DNA from: Laetmonice hystrix
Taxonomy: Eukaryota
DNA length: 64,000 nucleotides
Assembly: GCA_965235115.1 (NCBI GenBank)
Contig: OZ249436.1
Location: 5,086,001 to 5,150,000 of the forward strand
Direction: 5' to 3'
Shown: in pieces, positions 42,701 through 54,575 of the stretch
Layout of the letters: each line of letters starts with the position of its first letter
Position numbering within the stretch: position 1 is the first letter of the stretch
Notes under the pieces: model-generated
Seen by the model: the letters and a program-made list of their open reading frames with translations, nothing else
What the model was told of the DNA's origin: nothing
Databases searched by the model: none
Translations under genes and position numbers: made by a program

Positions 42701-45700
42701 GTCCTGCAGATTTCAACTTGCCACGATAAGGACGGAACTTCATGTTTCGCCGTCTTGAGTCAGTCTACAATATTTTTTAGGATGATTGCAAACTTTTAAG
42801 AAAGTAACATTTTTAGTGTCAGTCTGGGAGACCAAATTCAACCAACTGTATCGTGAGACACACAATTAATAGGAAAGGATAAAAAGATGACCAGTTTCAG
42901 TCCCACAGTTTAATGTTAAGTATATTGTCAAAAAGATTCTGTAATACGGGAATTTCTTACACCAGAAATGTTTCCAGTCATAGAACAGATACACCTTGTA
43001 ATAATATTATAAGTCAACGGGGACCTACAACTTCTATAGATGGATCATTTAGTCAAACAAATCAAATGTCTTGACTTTTTAACCAGCAATAGAATGATTT
43101 TAGGTAGAGCTAACCTTGGGTGGTACAGTGGTCTCCTCCAGAGAGTCACAGACACTGTCAGCCTCCTCTGTGGGAACGCTACTCTCTTCTTCCATATTAA
43201 CTTCCTGTGTCACAGTTTCCTCCCTTACAGGGGAGGGACTCCTTAAGGATATTACAAATATAGTTTAGTACCTTGTCAACTGGCTGTGGCTGGCCAGGGG
43301 ATAAGGCCAGACTAAAAGATTTAATTTCTGGCCACGGTAACAATACATGTGTACAAATGTACATACATGTATAATATAAATGAAAAAAAAAAAAAAAATC
43401 AGCATGACAAAAGACAACTGGCATACCATCTACCTTCAGCAGAGTCTGATCACGCTTAAAAAAATGTAGACAGTGACATGATTTGACCACAGCTGGTAAA
43501 GCACTTATAAAGCTGACTTACCGTCCTACAGGCTCCTCATCTACCTGTTCTAACATAATGCTGCGAGGTGTAGGTGGCACCACCATCCTTGGGACAGACC
43601 CTTGTGCCCAGCAATCAGTCATGGCAGGTTCAGGTTCTGTGGTAAATGGTTCATGTAATCACACAATACAAACCTTGGCAGTTGGGTACTAAAAACCACT
43701 GCGTTTTAATCATTGTTAAAATTCTTAACATTTTTAATTGTGGGAACATTTTCTGCTTGTGGGATCTGGAATCGGTGATTCGGGCTAACCTTCATCTTCC
43801 TGCCAATCAGAGGCAAACTCTGCCCCCGTCTCTCCCTCATCTTGAGACAAAAACTGCCACTAAAAATTCAAATAAAATAGCACCATTTTTAGAATGTGAG
43901 ACTTAAAATACTAACTTTGAAATAATAGGTATAGTTACTTAAGAATCTAAAATACAGATCATGATGGTTTATTTTAGCATACCAGACATACTAAGGTTAA
44001 GGGGAAACACTTTGCATCAACATGTTCTGTACATTATTCTGAGAATCCTAGGTTCACACAGAAATTGCAATTTATTAATTTGAGTGAGATAATGCAGACC
44101 TCTATGATCTGTAAGAGGGCACCCTTGGCCTGAGTGACTGTGTATGGTATAAGCTGTCGTTGAAGGTAGTTTTGGTAGATGATTGATATGGCAGAATCAA
44201 CCACTTCCCCGACCAGATCTAAGGCAAAGTCATCTCCATCATCATGGTCCAGCATCAAGTTCCTGCAATATTCAATCTATGTCATCTACTGCATGTTGAT
44301 GGGTGTTAGTGTTACACTTTCATACAGCAACCTCTACATCAAAATATAATCAATAAAAATAATGGAACATTTGTCAAATCTAAAAAGTATTTGATTACGG
44401 TCCTGATTGAGAGGGTGGATCTTTAAGTTTATTCAAGACCATGTAATGTATTAGGCCTATAGTTAGTAAAATTAATATCAGTTCAATTATGATAATTTTT
44501 ACTGTGATCTTCTGATCGTTTGAACATCAGGTGGAAAGGAAAAAGGCCTATTAATAATAAAACTTAAAAGTTGTTTTTTTTAAATGACAGGAATAAATAT
44601 ATACCGTATATGTCCCTTTAGCCGCGCACTACCTATCTGCCGCGCACCCCCGCATTTTTTCAAACAAGCTGTGCCGGAAACCCATATTCGACACGCCACC
44701 TAGTGTAAAATTTTGTAAGCTGCCAGCGCAACCTCCCTGTTGCTGTGCACTGCTTTTCTGCACACGCACATGCGCGGCTAAAGGGACATATACGGTATGT
44801 CTGAATACCACAACAACAGATTGTGTAAGACTACAACCAAAAAATATTTAGCCATAAAATGAATTTGAAATGGTGACAGAAGAGAGCTGATTAAATCTTT
44901 TCACTTAATGTCATAATGACTGTTGGTTATCCATAGACTAGTGCACGGTGATATATCACAACCAGGCTCTTCCAACTTGTGTTAGGAAACTATCTATGGT
45001 AAAGTTGGTGAAAAAGATTGAAATTATGTTTTGAAGAGATTCTGTTTCAGAAAACCCCTAAACCATGTGTAACCAGTTTTCAGTGTCAAGTTCCTTGCTT
45101 TAAGTTTTTATAAAATTCACACCTTATATAACATAGGCAACTCTCTTAAAGCCTTTATAATGAAAACACATCTAAAAAATGTGCCCAAAATTATAACATT
45201 ACCTGATTGTCCTAAGATTTTTTGTTTTTGATTGTAACATATTAATATGGTAGTGTATATTTAACAGTCATTTGGCAGGGTCATGTAAACATTAGGAAGC
45301 TTCAAACCTATTGGATCCTAATGCTCTAACCGTTACAGCTTTATCCCATTAACATGGTTCCCACGCTATCAACCTTCCTAAATTCCAGGGGTGGGTTGCA
45401 CTAACGGTCCTACGGGTTAGGACTGAATTTAGGACCAGTCTTACTGAGTGCCATGCCCCCCAAGCACTTCATATCTATCTGAGTTTCAATAGCCCTTGAG
45501 ATATAAAAGTTGACGAATTACATTTAAATTATGGATATTGGCCCCTGTTGAATGTAGGACTGGTCCTAAATTCAGTCCTAACCCGTAGGACCGTTAGTGC
45601 AACCCGCCCCTGGACTTTTCCCGGACTTTTCCTGGATCTTTATGACTTTTTCCATGACCATGTTCAGGTCTCCTTCCATTTATCCTTAGCATGGGATATT

Positions 45701-46761
45701 GATGATAATTAAAGAACGGTACCCTGAGTCGGCCAGACTGTAAATCAGCCACCTAGAATTGGAATCCATTGGTCAAATTCCTGGACTTTTCCCCCCGACT
45801 TGAGCACATATCTACCAAATTCCTGGACTTTTCCCGGCCCGGGAGGCCCCAACATAAAAATTCTGGACTTTTCCCGGTTTGCCGGACCCGTAGGAATCCT
45901 GCATTAACACCCAATTTGAGACCAAAATAAAACTAACCCTATGCCTGACCCTAACCGATAGGGCCTAACCCTAACCCAACTAATTTGTTTGGATCCCCAG
46001 TAATTAGTCAAACTAAGATAGAGTCTAACTTTAATCTTAAATTTAGATCTAGATCTAGTTGTTGCCTGCTAAATAGATACACTGCCTATTAATATTATAT
46101 TTAAAATCACAGTATTTATCATTGTTCCTAGACTGGCCTAGTAGTATAAGTCTGTAATAGTGTAATGTACCATGCTGTAGATCTCTCTAACGTTACTCTT
46201 TAGTACTCTAACCTTAGCAAAATTTCATCAGTCCACTTTTTTCTTACGTAACGTTAGACTACAGTCTAGATCTACATTTTATTTACAGACACAACTTTCA
46301 AGTTATTCAGGGGTACATTTCACAACAATCGTAACCCTGTCGTACGTAAATATCCCCATTGGAAATACATTGGTGTTTTACTGTTTATGATAATATCATA
46401 TATTATATGACAAGCTAACGACAGGTTGTGTTGTACTTGTGGAACGTACTCCTGAATGCTGAAACTGAAAGCTGAATATTTATCTAACTAACGTGTTATC
46501 CATGATCATGATGATAATTCATTAATTATATTATCACATCATTTCAATGACATCACTTTTGTTGCTTTACAAATATCATAAATGTCCATGCGAATATAAT
46601 TAGTGCCAACGACGTTACACCTAATTATCCTAACTTCGTGCTTACCAATCTTGGTCATTACATTTGCCCGGGACGATTTCATGTGTCACGGCAGGCGTTG
46701 GCGCTGAAGTAGTTTTTCCAGCTTTGTCTGCTCTTGATTTAGCCACTGTGGCACGCGACAT
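39728..46761 (-). CDS. C2orf81: C2orf81 (DUF4639)-like protein, 11 exons, 466 aa
   Basis: Exons 46761-46646, 44262-44100, 43859-43790, 43636-43522, 43241-43115, 42764-42570, 42242-42139, 40684-40539, 40444-40350, 40168-40097 and 39925-39728 total 1401 nt with consistent phases. The N-terminus KSRADK...HEIVPGK...DW...[33 protein letters not shown]...WQEDEEPEP..TDCWAQGSVP and the later MELAPGV match the C2orf81 pattern as I remember it. Confidence 0.85.
40913..41420. repeat. Tandem repeat of about 104-108 bp, about 5 copies, in an intron of the C2orf81 homolog
   Basis: Unit begins CCTTCACAATTATGGTTACC and ends CATTCTACTCCCACCGT. Confidence 0.9.
44604..44795. mobile_element. Second copy of the TA-TSD MITE, in opposite orientation to 32662-32857
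   Basis: Same TIR (CCGTATATGTCCCTTTAGCCGC) and TA flanks; the interior is a near reverse complement of the first copy. Confidence 0.85.
45389..45609. mobile_element. Harbinger-like MITE with TIRs of about 55 bp, inserted at a CWG site inside an older element (about 45353-45901)
   Basis: CAG-GGGTGGGTTGCACTAACGGTCCTACGGGTTAGGACTGAATTTAGGACCAGTC...TGCAACCCGCCC-CTG. It splits the motif AAATTCCTGGACTTTTCCCGG, which is intact near 45818. Confidence 0.8.
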
Positions 46762-46904
46762 ATTGGGAATTGTCGAGGAAAATCTTGAAACCTTTGACAA
46801 TCTGGATCCTTTTATGATATTCCTTCTTTGCTACATCTTTCTCTTTAGATCGATCCCACTCTGTTCTGTTTTGGCCCTTTGCGGTGGCGTCAATGGCGGT
46901 GGAT

Positions 46905-46918
46905 GTTGACATGGCAAC
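46905..46918. promoter_or_regulatory. RFX X-box in the divergent C2orf81-like/ENKD1 promoter
   Basis: GTTGACATGGCAAC lies 144 bp upstream of the C2orf81-like ATG, next to a CRE-like TTACGTCA; an E-box palindrome GTCACGTGAC is at 47653. Confidence 0.65.
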
Positions 46919-47081
46919 GACCTTACGTCATAAGTCGCCCCCAGTTTGGTGATAGGCTGCAGGGTCGAAATTTAGCCTTTATATTGTAGGCCCTACAAGT
47001 CCTTCACGAGTGCCAAAGAGTCTCGTCTTAAAGGCATAAAAGCAGAGCAACTACTCGGAGGTCTTGAGGACAATTTTGTCT

Positions 47082-47440
47082 AGGCATAGGCCCTGTAGGC
47101 CTATAAAACATTCTCTATCGCCTCAGTATCGGTTTGCTGAACATTTTAATTTTGTATATTAACCATCAGCGTGTTGTCCCGTAGGGAATATGCTGATTAA
47201 TTATCAAGATCAAGAAGATAGGTCGGGAGGTGACCATCTATCTATGACTATGCCTATGGCCAACTTGTCGGGGGGCGCTTTAATTAACTTTTTTTCATCC
47301 CAATACCAAAACTATCTCTCTTTTTTTTACCGTGGCCATTGCTTCAATTTTTTTCAGGCATACGCCCTGTAGGCCTACAAAACATTCTCTATTGGCTTGA
47401 GCAGTATCGGTTTGCTGAACATTTTAATTTTGTACATTAA
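47082..47440. repeat. Imperfect direct duplication of about 82 bp (47082-47162 and 47356-47440)
   Basis: AGGCATA(G/C)GCCCTGTAGGCCTA...CAGTATCGGTTTGCTGAACATTTTAATTTTGTA(T/C)ATTAA occurs twice. Confidence 0.8.
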
Positions 47441-48503
47441 TTTGTGGTACGTTACCGGTAAGAACAGACTTTTCTGCACACCTGCTGAAGAAACCTCGTT
47501 TAAAGATCGTGTAAAGATTTAAATCCTCAATCTGAAGAACATTGATAAACTAAATGCTGTCGGCTGGTCAGCCCTTCGAGTTAGATCCAGCACGAATGAT
47601 CCGACAGCTGGCAACAGTAAAAAATGATGACTACCTGCAGATATTTTGTGCAGTCACGTGACCTTTTGTTGACACCATTTTGAACACGGCTTTCGCCTTT
47701 GAAGTTGTGGGAGTTGTGGCAGCTTCGACGAATGGGTTTATCCCAATAATTATAGAACTCGTGTCCTTAATGGCTTTTTAGAAAGAAAAGAATATAGTCT
47801 GGTCACGTCTTGTGTGAGTAAAGGTAAGTTTATTCGCCAATTTACTTAAAAGATTCGTTACCGGTTTCCGAAGAACCAAGTCAACAAGTCAAGTGTGAAT
47901 TAGTGAGGTCGTAAATAGCTTCAACAAGTCTCAGTCTGTCCAAACATGCGTGCGTCAACTCGTCATGATGCCGGGTGCTCTCGCTAAATATCACACACTT
48001 CAGAATGTTGAGTACAGCCTCTAATTAAATAAGAAATCTAAGTAGTAGTAGACTTATTAATATGATGTAGGTGCTACCTAGAGGGCGAGCGCAGCGACGG
48101 GAGGCCTACAATAATACTATAACAATATACAATGTCAGGACTGGTGACTTAGCAGCACTGACGTCGGGATATTGTGGCGTCACAGTGAACAAACACTCAC
48201 GCGACCGTTTGTTCACTGTGACGTCACAAATCAGACACGCTCTGCAAGGGTCACATGACCCTCCATGGATTTCTCCATGGATTTGCTCCATGGTTTTTCC
48301 GGTTCCGGTTTTACGTGACGAAATTTTTTGGTGAGACGGTATGTGTCACCTTGGCTACCGTTTCACACGTGTTGTCATAGAGCTCGCTTCGCGAGCCGCT
48401 GCGCGGCTCGCTTGCGCTCGCTATTATTATTAATATTTATATTACCGACATGAAACAAAAATAAACACGGTCACAGCCAGGGCAGGGTTAAGGTTAGGCC
48501 TAA

Positions 48504-48691
48504 AGCCCGGGATACACGGGGCAACTCGTCGCATGCAACCGCGTTGCCTCAGGGGGAGGCGACGCGTCGCCCCAAAATCCAACATGTTGGATTTTGGGGC
48601 GACGCGTCGCCCCTCCCTCAGGCGACGGGATGCAGGCAGATACACGGGGCGACTGGTTGCATGCGACGAATTGCCCCGTGTATCCCAGGCT
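48504..48691. mobile_element. Palindromic Harbinger-like MITE with a TAA TSD
   Basis: TAA-AGCCCGGGATACACGGGGCAA...TTGCCCCGTGTATCCCAGGCT-TAA, with a perfect central palindrome centred on AACATGTT. Confidence 0.8.
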
Positions 48692-48860
48692 TAACACTAA
48701 CAGCAGTTAGGGTTAGTGTTAATTTAGTCCCAAAATTGTTAGTTAGGCTCCCCTAATTAAATAATCCGCAATTCTGCTGTCAGACATCATCCAATAAGAA
48801 TCCAGTAATGGCAGTATTGCAGTCAAATGACCCATCCATATGCCAGCAGAATAACCACTA
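48692..48860. repeat. Dispersed repeat with GGTTAG/CTAACC microsatellite, possibly Helitron/Helentron-derived; related copies at about 2560-2715 and 4350-4590
   Basis: 48770-48860 is a near reverse complement of 2561-2650; CTAACCCT runs also occur at 4455-4490 and 45930-45980. Confidence 0.5.
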
Positions 48861-49426
48861 TAATTAAATTAGTTTAACCCTTTCCAGTTTTATCCTGTCA
48901 AAAACCATCATTCGGGGTGTATCCCGTATGGAATACAGGATGAATATATTTTTTGAATGGTCAATGGTCAAATGGTCAGGAGTCAAACACGTTCTAAAGT
49001 CTAACATGTTTCCAATCATATCAAACTTGCTTAAATAAAATAGATCTATGGACTTTTTCCTCCCCTGTGAATTTTTTTTGTAATTTTGGCTGAAAATCCC
49101 CCAGCCCCGTGGCAGGGTACTGGGTCAGACTGGAAAGGGTTAATAAGATGGTGTGTCTCATGAAAGATCATGGTTGAAGTTGAACTGCCAAAATTTTCAA
49201 TACAAACCCTGGCAGGATAGCAGTCGCTGTGTTGGAATTCGATGGTCAGAGTCCGTCTAGGAGGACTAAGACTCAAACTTGTTGGAGTAGGCAAACTTAG
49301 ACTCCCCACTCATTAGAATACGGTGGGTTCTATAGCAACTTACAACATTATGTACATTAAAAAAAATTATTTTCTACATATTCAATTTACGTTTGTTTAG
49401 GCTTGACTTGAGTTGGGATAGCACCA

Positions 49427-52400
49427 ATGCTGTCTGGTCCTGTGCCCCCATACGCCTATGATGGCGGTGACAACTTAGTGGTTCGTCCTGCATCGAGAAC
49501 ACGACCAGAGGGTCAAGGGAATGCAAGCAAAGGACAGAGAAGTTCCGTTGGTCTCCTGCTACAGGTAGAAGGCATGAGAATATCATCAGGACCATCTAAA
49601 AGAACCATGAGTAAGTTTTAACTTGCTGGAAGGACCAGTCAGTCTGATCTACATTACCTTTAAGGCTATCCTAGATAGCTTGTACTGTTGCTATTGTACA
49701 TTGATTCATTGCCTGTCACAAAGTTAAGATTACTATAAATAGAAGTAATTGGGGAGGAAGGTTTTTGGATGGTTTTAACTTGATGTTGAATGTGGAAAGT
49801 TAGTGAAGGCCCTGTGATAGAACTATGTTCTTGCTCATGAAAACCTAATGGTTCAACATTTTTAGAGTCTGAACCAAAAGATCACATGCGAGAGAATATT
49901 CGGCGAATGAGGCACATCCAGCGTGAGTCCCGTAAAAAGGAGGAACAGGCCAAGCAGCCTGTAAAGGCTATGTGGAAAACATCCAAATTTGATCACGTGA
50001 CCTCCAAATTGAAGGATGAACTTGAAAATCCAGCTCCATCCCGACCACAGTCGGCCAACTATCTGCGTGCTCACTCTCGAACTGGTTTTTCACCTGTTGC
50101 ACGGTCACGTCCATCATCAGCTCAGAGCGAGGTTCGTGAAGATAAATTGACTGTACCGAAGGCCATTAGTGCCAGAGAGGTGAGTGTTTCCATCGGTTGC
50201 TCTCAGATACATGTGTACTTGGGTAATATTTTATTTTTCGTTTTATCTCATGTCAGGAGATTAAAAATTGTTAGTGTCAAGGTGCAGCATTTCTCCCTTA
50301 ATTTGGCTTCAGTTGAGGACTTGAGGTTGAAGACTGTTTTATGTTTTGCCCTGTGGATAACAAACTGCAAGTTGCAACAATTGCAAAATTGATTATGAGA
50401 TTTGGTATCTATATGTGGAACCAGAAGCAGGATGCTTTAACTTAACTTTAGATCTTAATCCTAATGATGGCAGGTAACAGGACTCGCTAAGTTTACCAGA
50501 TACATTGTGTCCAACATTTGTAGACTATACGTTCTCTATAGCATCTCGTCCCACATATAAATATGCCAGAAAATTAAATCATCACAAAAATAATGACAGT
50601 TTGTGGAAGAGGGGATTTTTACTTCCATACAAGCTTCATTGTTGTTCTGAATGTATATGATGTTTTGTAAGAGTAATTCTCAACCTTTATTACCTTTTCA
50701 TTCTCCAATGGTTTTGTGGTAAGACCTTATTTAATAGATTCACTGACATCTTGAATTGTTGTCACTAAATTGTAGCTGGTTGCTCATAATTAACCCTTCA
50801 TCTAGGTTGTGCCAAGTCATACAATAAGATAACCTTGTGACATGAGTGATTAACCAACTTGACTCACAAACGTTTTCCTGATTTAGTCAACCTGTAGCAG
50901 ATTGCACGCAGCAGTCCAGGAAGTTTCCATGTATTTTTGTAAAAACTTAATATCATTAAACTAAAGGGATTTTAACAGTGAATGGTCAGCTGTCAGCACA
51001 GCAGTTCGTGAATATCCCATAAATCTCCTAATACAATACACATCACGCTATATTAGACTATTATTGACCATCTTAGTATCACGCCCTTGATTGCTACTAC
51101 TGAGGGTACAGTAGGTCCTGCCATCCAACTTGGTGATTTTAGTTTTCTTTTCACAATGAGATTAATATTTGAATGTGAAGTGCTCAGACTTCTCTTTTCT
51201 AAGCTCAATAATTATCATTTTAAGTAGAAAGTACTGGCTCTCACCTATTGATAACATGAATTCTAAGACTAATTTATCATCAGTCACTTTCTTTCTCATA
51301 AATTAGAGAAACGTTTACAGATTTCATAATTTTTGTGGAATTGAATCATCACTATTGGCTGGATAGTCACTCTGGCAGTGCATGAAGCTTTGGAACCCCT
51401 TTGCCTGCCTGTCCTTTCCTGGCTCAGGCAGGCACCCCCACCCCGCTTCTCTCTCACTGCGGCCCTTGCCCACCTACCCCAGCACAGCCCCTCCATACCA
51501 TAATGTGTCCCCAAAACTCTGCTCTGGCACCAGGGGTAAGAATGGCCTGGTAGAAATTTTCTCTTTCCAAACATTCTGAAAACTTGTGTCTTTGTCTGGG
51601 TTACGACTGATGGCGTGATGTCTGTGCAAAAGGGGCAAAGAGTCCTCCTATCACCCACTCACTGACGCTAAAGTTCTTTTGAAACTGATAGTTAAAATTT
51701 CTGTTGGGCAGGTGAAGTTACATCATCGTGAAGTGGACTTTGTCAAGGTTAATGGTCAGGCAGCAAAGTATTCATCCATGAGACGTAGTCCCAGCTTGAC
51801 TGCACTTGATGACCTCAAGAAAAAGGCAGAAAGGGATTCTGCTGGATACCAACGGGGAACTGTACCCAGATAGTAAGTACATGTATTCTAGACATTGATT
51901 CTCAGGTCGAACTTATTAATGTTAGAAATCACACGCCAGATATCCTTTACTACGTATTGGTGTTATGTCTGTCACTGAAGGAAGCTAGGCCTTCAACTAG
52001 TACGTCATTGTCTATGACTAAAAGTGCTCACGTTAGAGTTCTGTGTTGCCAGTTTGATGAACCGACAGAGAGAGTGGGATGAGGAGGAACAAGAACGATT
52101 AGCTAACATCCCTGACCCTGACCTACCTGCAGGTCACAAAGTCATGATAGATCATGAGCGGCGATCAACACTGGAGAAACTCAAACAAAGTGAGCACAAA
52201 TTGTCATAATTTTCATTGTCTGTCTTACTGATTCCTGCTGTGGCCCTATGCCAGGGAATTTATAAAGGGAATTTATAGGGGAGTTTATAAAGTGTAATTT
52301 TTAGCTAAAAACGAAACTGTCCATACTAATATTAAATTTAGAAAGTTCTAAAGATATTTGCTTCTATATTCCAGGTCAGAAAGAACTAACGCAACAGATG

Positions 52401-52535
52401 GCGTGTCTCCCAGTGAGAACAGATACTCTTCGCTTGCGCACAAGAAAAAACGAAATTGAGAGCAAATTGGCAGAGGTGGAAGAAGCTATAAAAATATTTT
52501 CACGACCAAAAGTTTTTGTTGCGGTAGATGCCTGA
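49427..52535 (+). CDS. ENKD1: Enkurin domain-containing protein 1, 5 coding exons, 318 aa
   Basis: Exons 49427-49610, 49866-50179, 51712-51872, 52053-52189 and 52375-52535 total 957 nt. LSGPVPP start, KDHMRENIRRMRHIQR, GTVPRYL, PDPDLPAGH..M..HER..TL, enkurin-type C-terminus KLAEVEEAIKIFSRPKVFV. A probable 5' UTR exon ends at 47823 (GTAAGT donor). Confidence 0.92.
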
Positions 52536-54575
52536 AAATTCTTGGTTCCCAAGTCAGTGTGGTGGTTCTTTGGCAAATAGCAACTCTTCAGAAATAATTT
52601 TGTACTATTTGAGAGACACAGGAGAGGAAACTGACTAACATTCAAACTCTACCAGTGTACACTTAAGTTAGAATTGACATTCTGAACGCGTGCTAATATT
52701 CAAGTATCAGGCCAGTGACATGCCTTCAAAAAGTTGGTTTTATTCCGTGAATTTTGTATTGAGACACCAATGCTGGCCCTCTGGTGGCAAACTGTGGTGT
52801 TAACAGAACATTACTGTGTTAGCAGGAGCGAAACCTAGCGACAGTGGCGCAAACTAAACTGTCTAAAACTTGCTACAGATAATCCCCTAAGTGTATATAT
52901 TATATTATGGGGTAGTTGCGATATTGGAAGTAGGCTATTCTTGCCTGCTATTGTAAGTGTAAGTGTATACAGACCCACTACCTGTGATTGAAGGATGTAG
53001 TAGACTGTACAAAATGAAATTAGTCGTGGTCAGGAGGATTACCATGGTCAACCAGTGAACATGTTACAGTGTTGTAGAGACGAGTCACACAGTTAATGTT
53101 TATTACTTACAATTTGATTTGACGATGTGTGTTTGATGTACAAAAGGTATATATTGCAGCCACCAGTATACACAAAGTTCCCGGATGAATCATGTGTTGG
53201 TGAATGGCCATTTTTTGTCACCAAAGTGATTGTTAAATTGCATGTACATTTTTCAAGCCACTATAGTATTGAGAATAATAGTAAAAGGTAGAATACTGTA
53301 CCTGGTTGTATTCTATTCAACCATGGGATATCTGCACTCTCCATAGTATGAAGGCACAGAAAACTAATTCTTTAGGAATGAGTAATATTGTACATGGTTC
53401 TGAAGGATGTTGGTCCAGGTAGGAAGCGACGGTTGTGGTGGTGGTGGGCGGGGAGGGGGGGACTGACGACAGGCGCTTGACGTTGCCTTACATGAAATGC
53501 TCTCACAGTGACCAAGTAAGAGGTGTGTACTAGATTTATTAATTAAATAACTTTGTATTTTACTGGACAGCTCATCTCACATCTCGCATCTTTTCATGGT
53601 GGACTGAACTTCCAGTTAGAAATACATGTATGTACGTGGATTACTATTCCAACCAGTCACACCTGATGGAAAGAAGCGATTTATAACAAAGTTAGATTGG
53701 ATGGGGGAAGGGTGGGGGTGGGTTGGAGGGGTTAATGTCACATCACAAGGGTAGGACGGAGTCACTCACGATATTAGTGCCCGTCACAATGTTGTAGTAC
53801 TTGTACAGGGGTGTTATCCTTTATAATTCAGCACGCATTCAAACTTACACCATAGCTGTATTCGTCAGAAAGCAATGAGACATCAAACCCAATCACCCGT
53901 CCAAAACTTGTGACGGGAAAGTGGTGTTTGTCTGCCTATAGTCACTAATAATTGCATGTAACCTCCAGTCAAAGGTTAAGGATCTCAGAATTGTTTGCTT
54001 GTCACAGTAACCAAAAGTACGGCCAAGATATGCCACACTTCTTTGCCGATCGCCGAAGTCCAATTCCGAAGGTGCAAAGTCTGATGACCGCAGCACAACG
54101 CTCAAAGAGTTCTGTGGAGGTATATTTTTTACAAATATTTTCCTCCGAAATTTTAGGAAAAGGTGCTGCGCCAAGGTGTGTGAATCCGTCCGTCCAGTTC
54201 ACGCAGCACCTCGAGTCAGGCTACTCAGATGGCAGTTAGACTATTTTTATCGTAGCAATAAACATATTCGTTCAGAGTGGAAGTGTTTGAGATTTGTTTT
54301 AGGGGTCGGTAGATTTCTACCACTGTTAATATACGTGTTATCTCCGAGTATTGAACAGACCTACATTGAGATAATATTTCCATACAGATAGACATTCGCC
54401 CCCTTTATGGATTGTGATTACGACCTCGTGATTTATCCTAGTTTAGGTGGATGATAAGGTTTCATTGCTCGGCGCAACACTCGCAGTGCACAGACCACAC
54501 AGTTTCTTTCATACAGAGATCAACATGCTATCCCGTGGCGATGTTTGAAGTACCTTGGCATTATATAATACAAAC

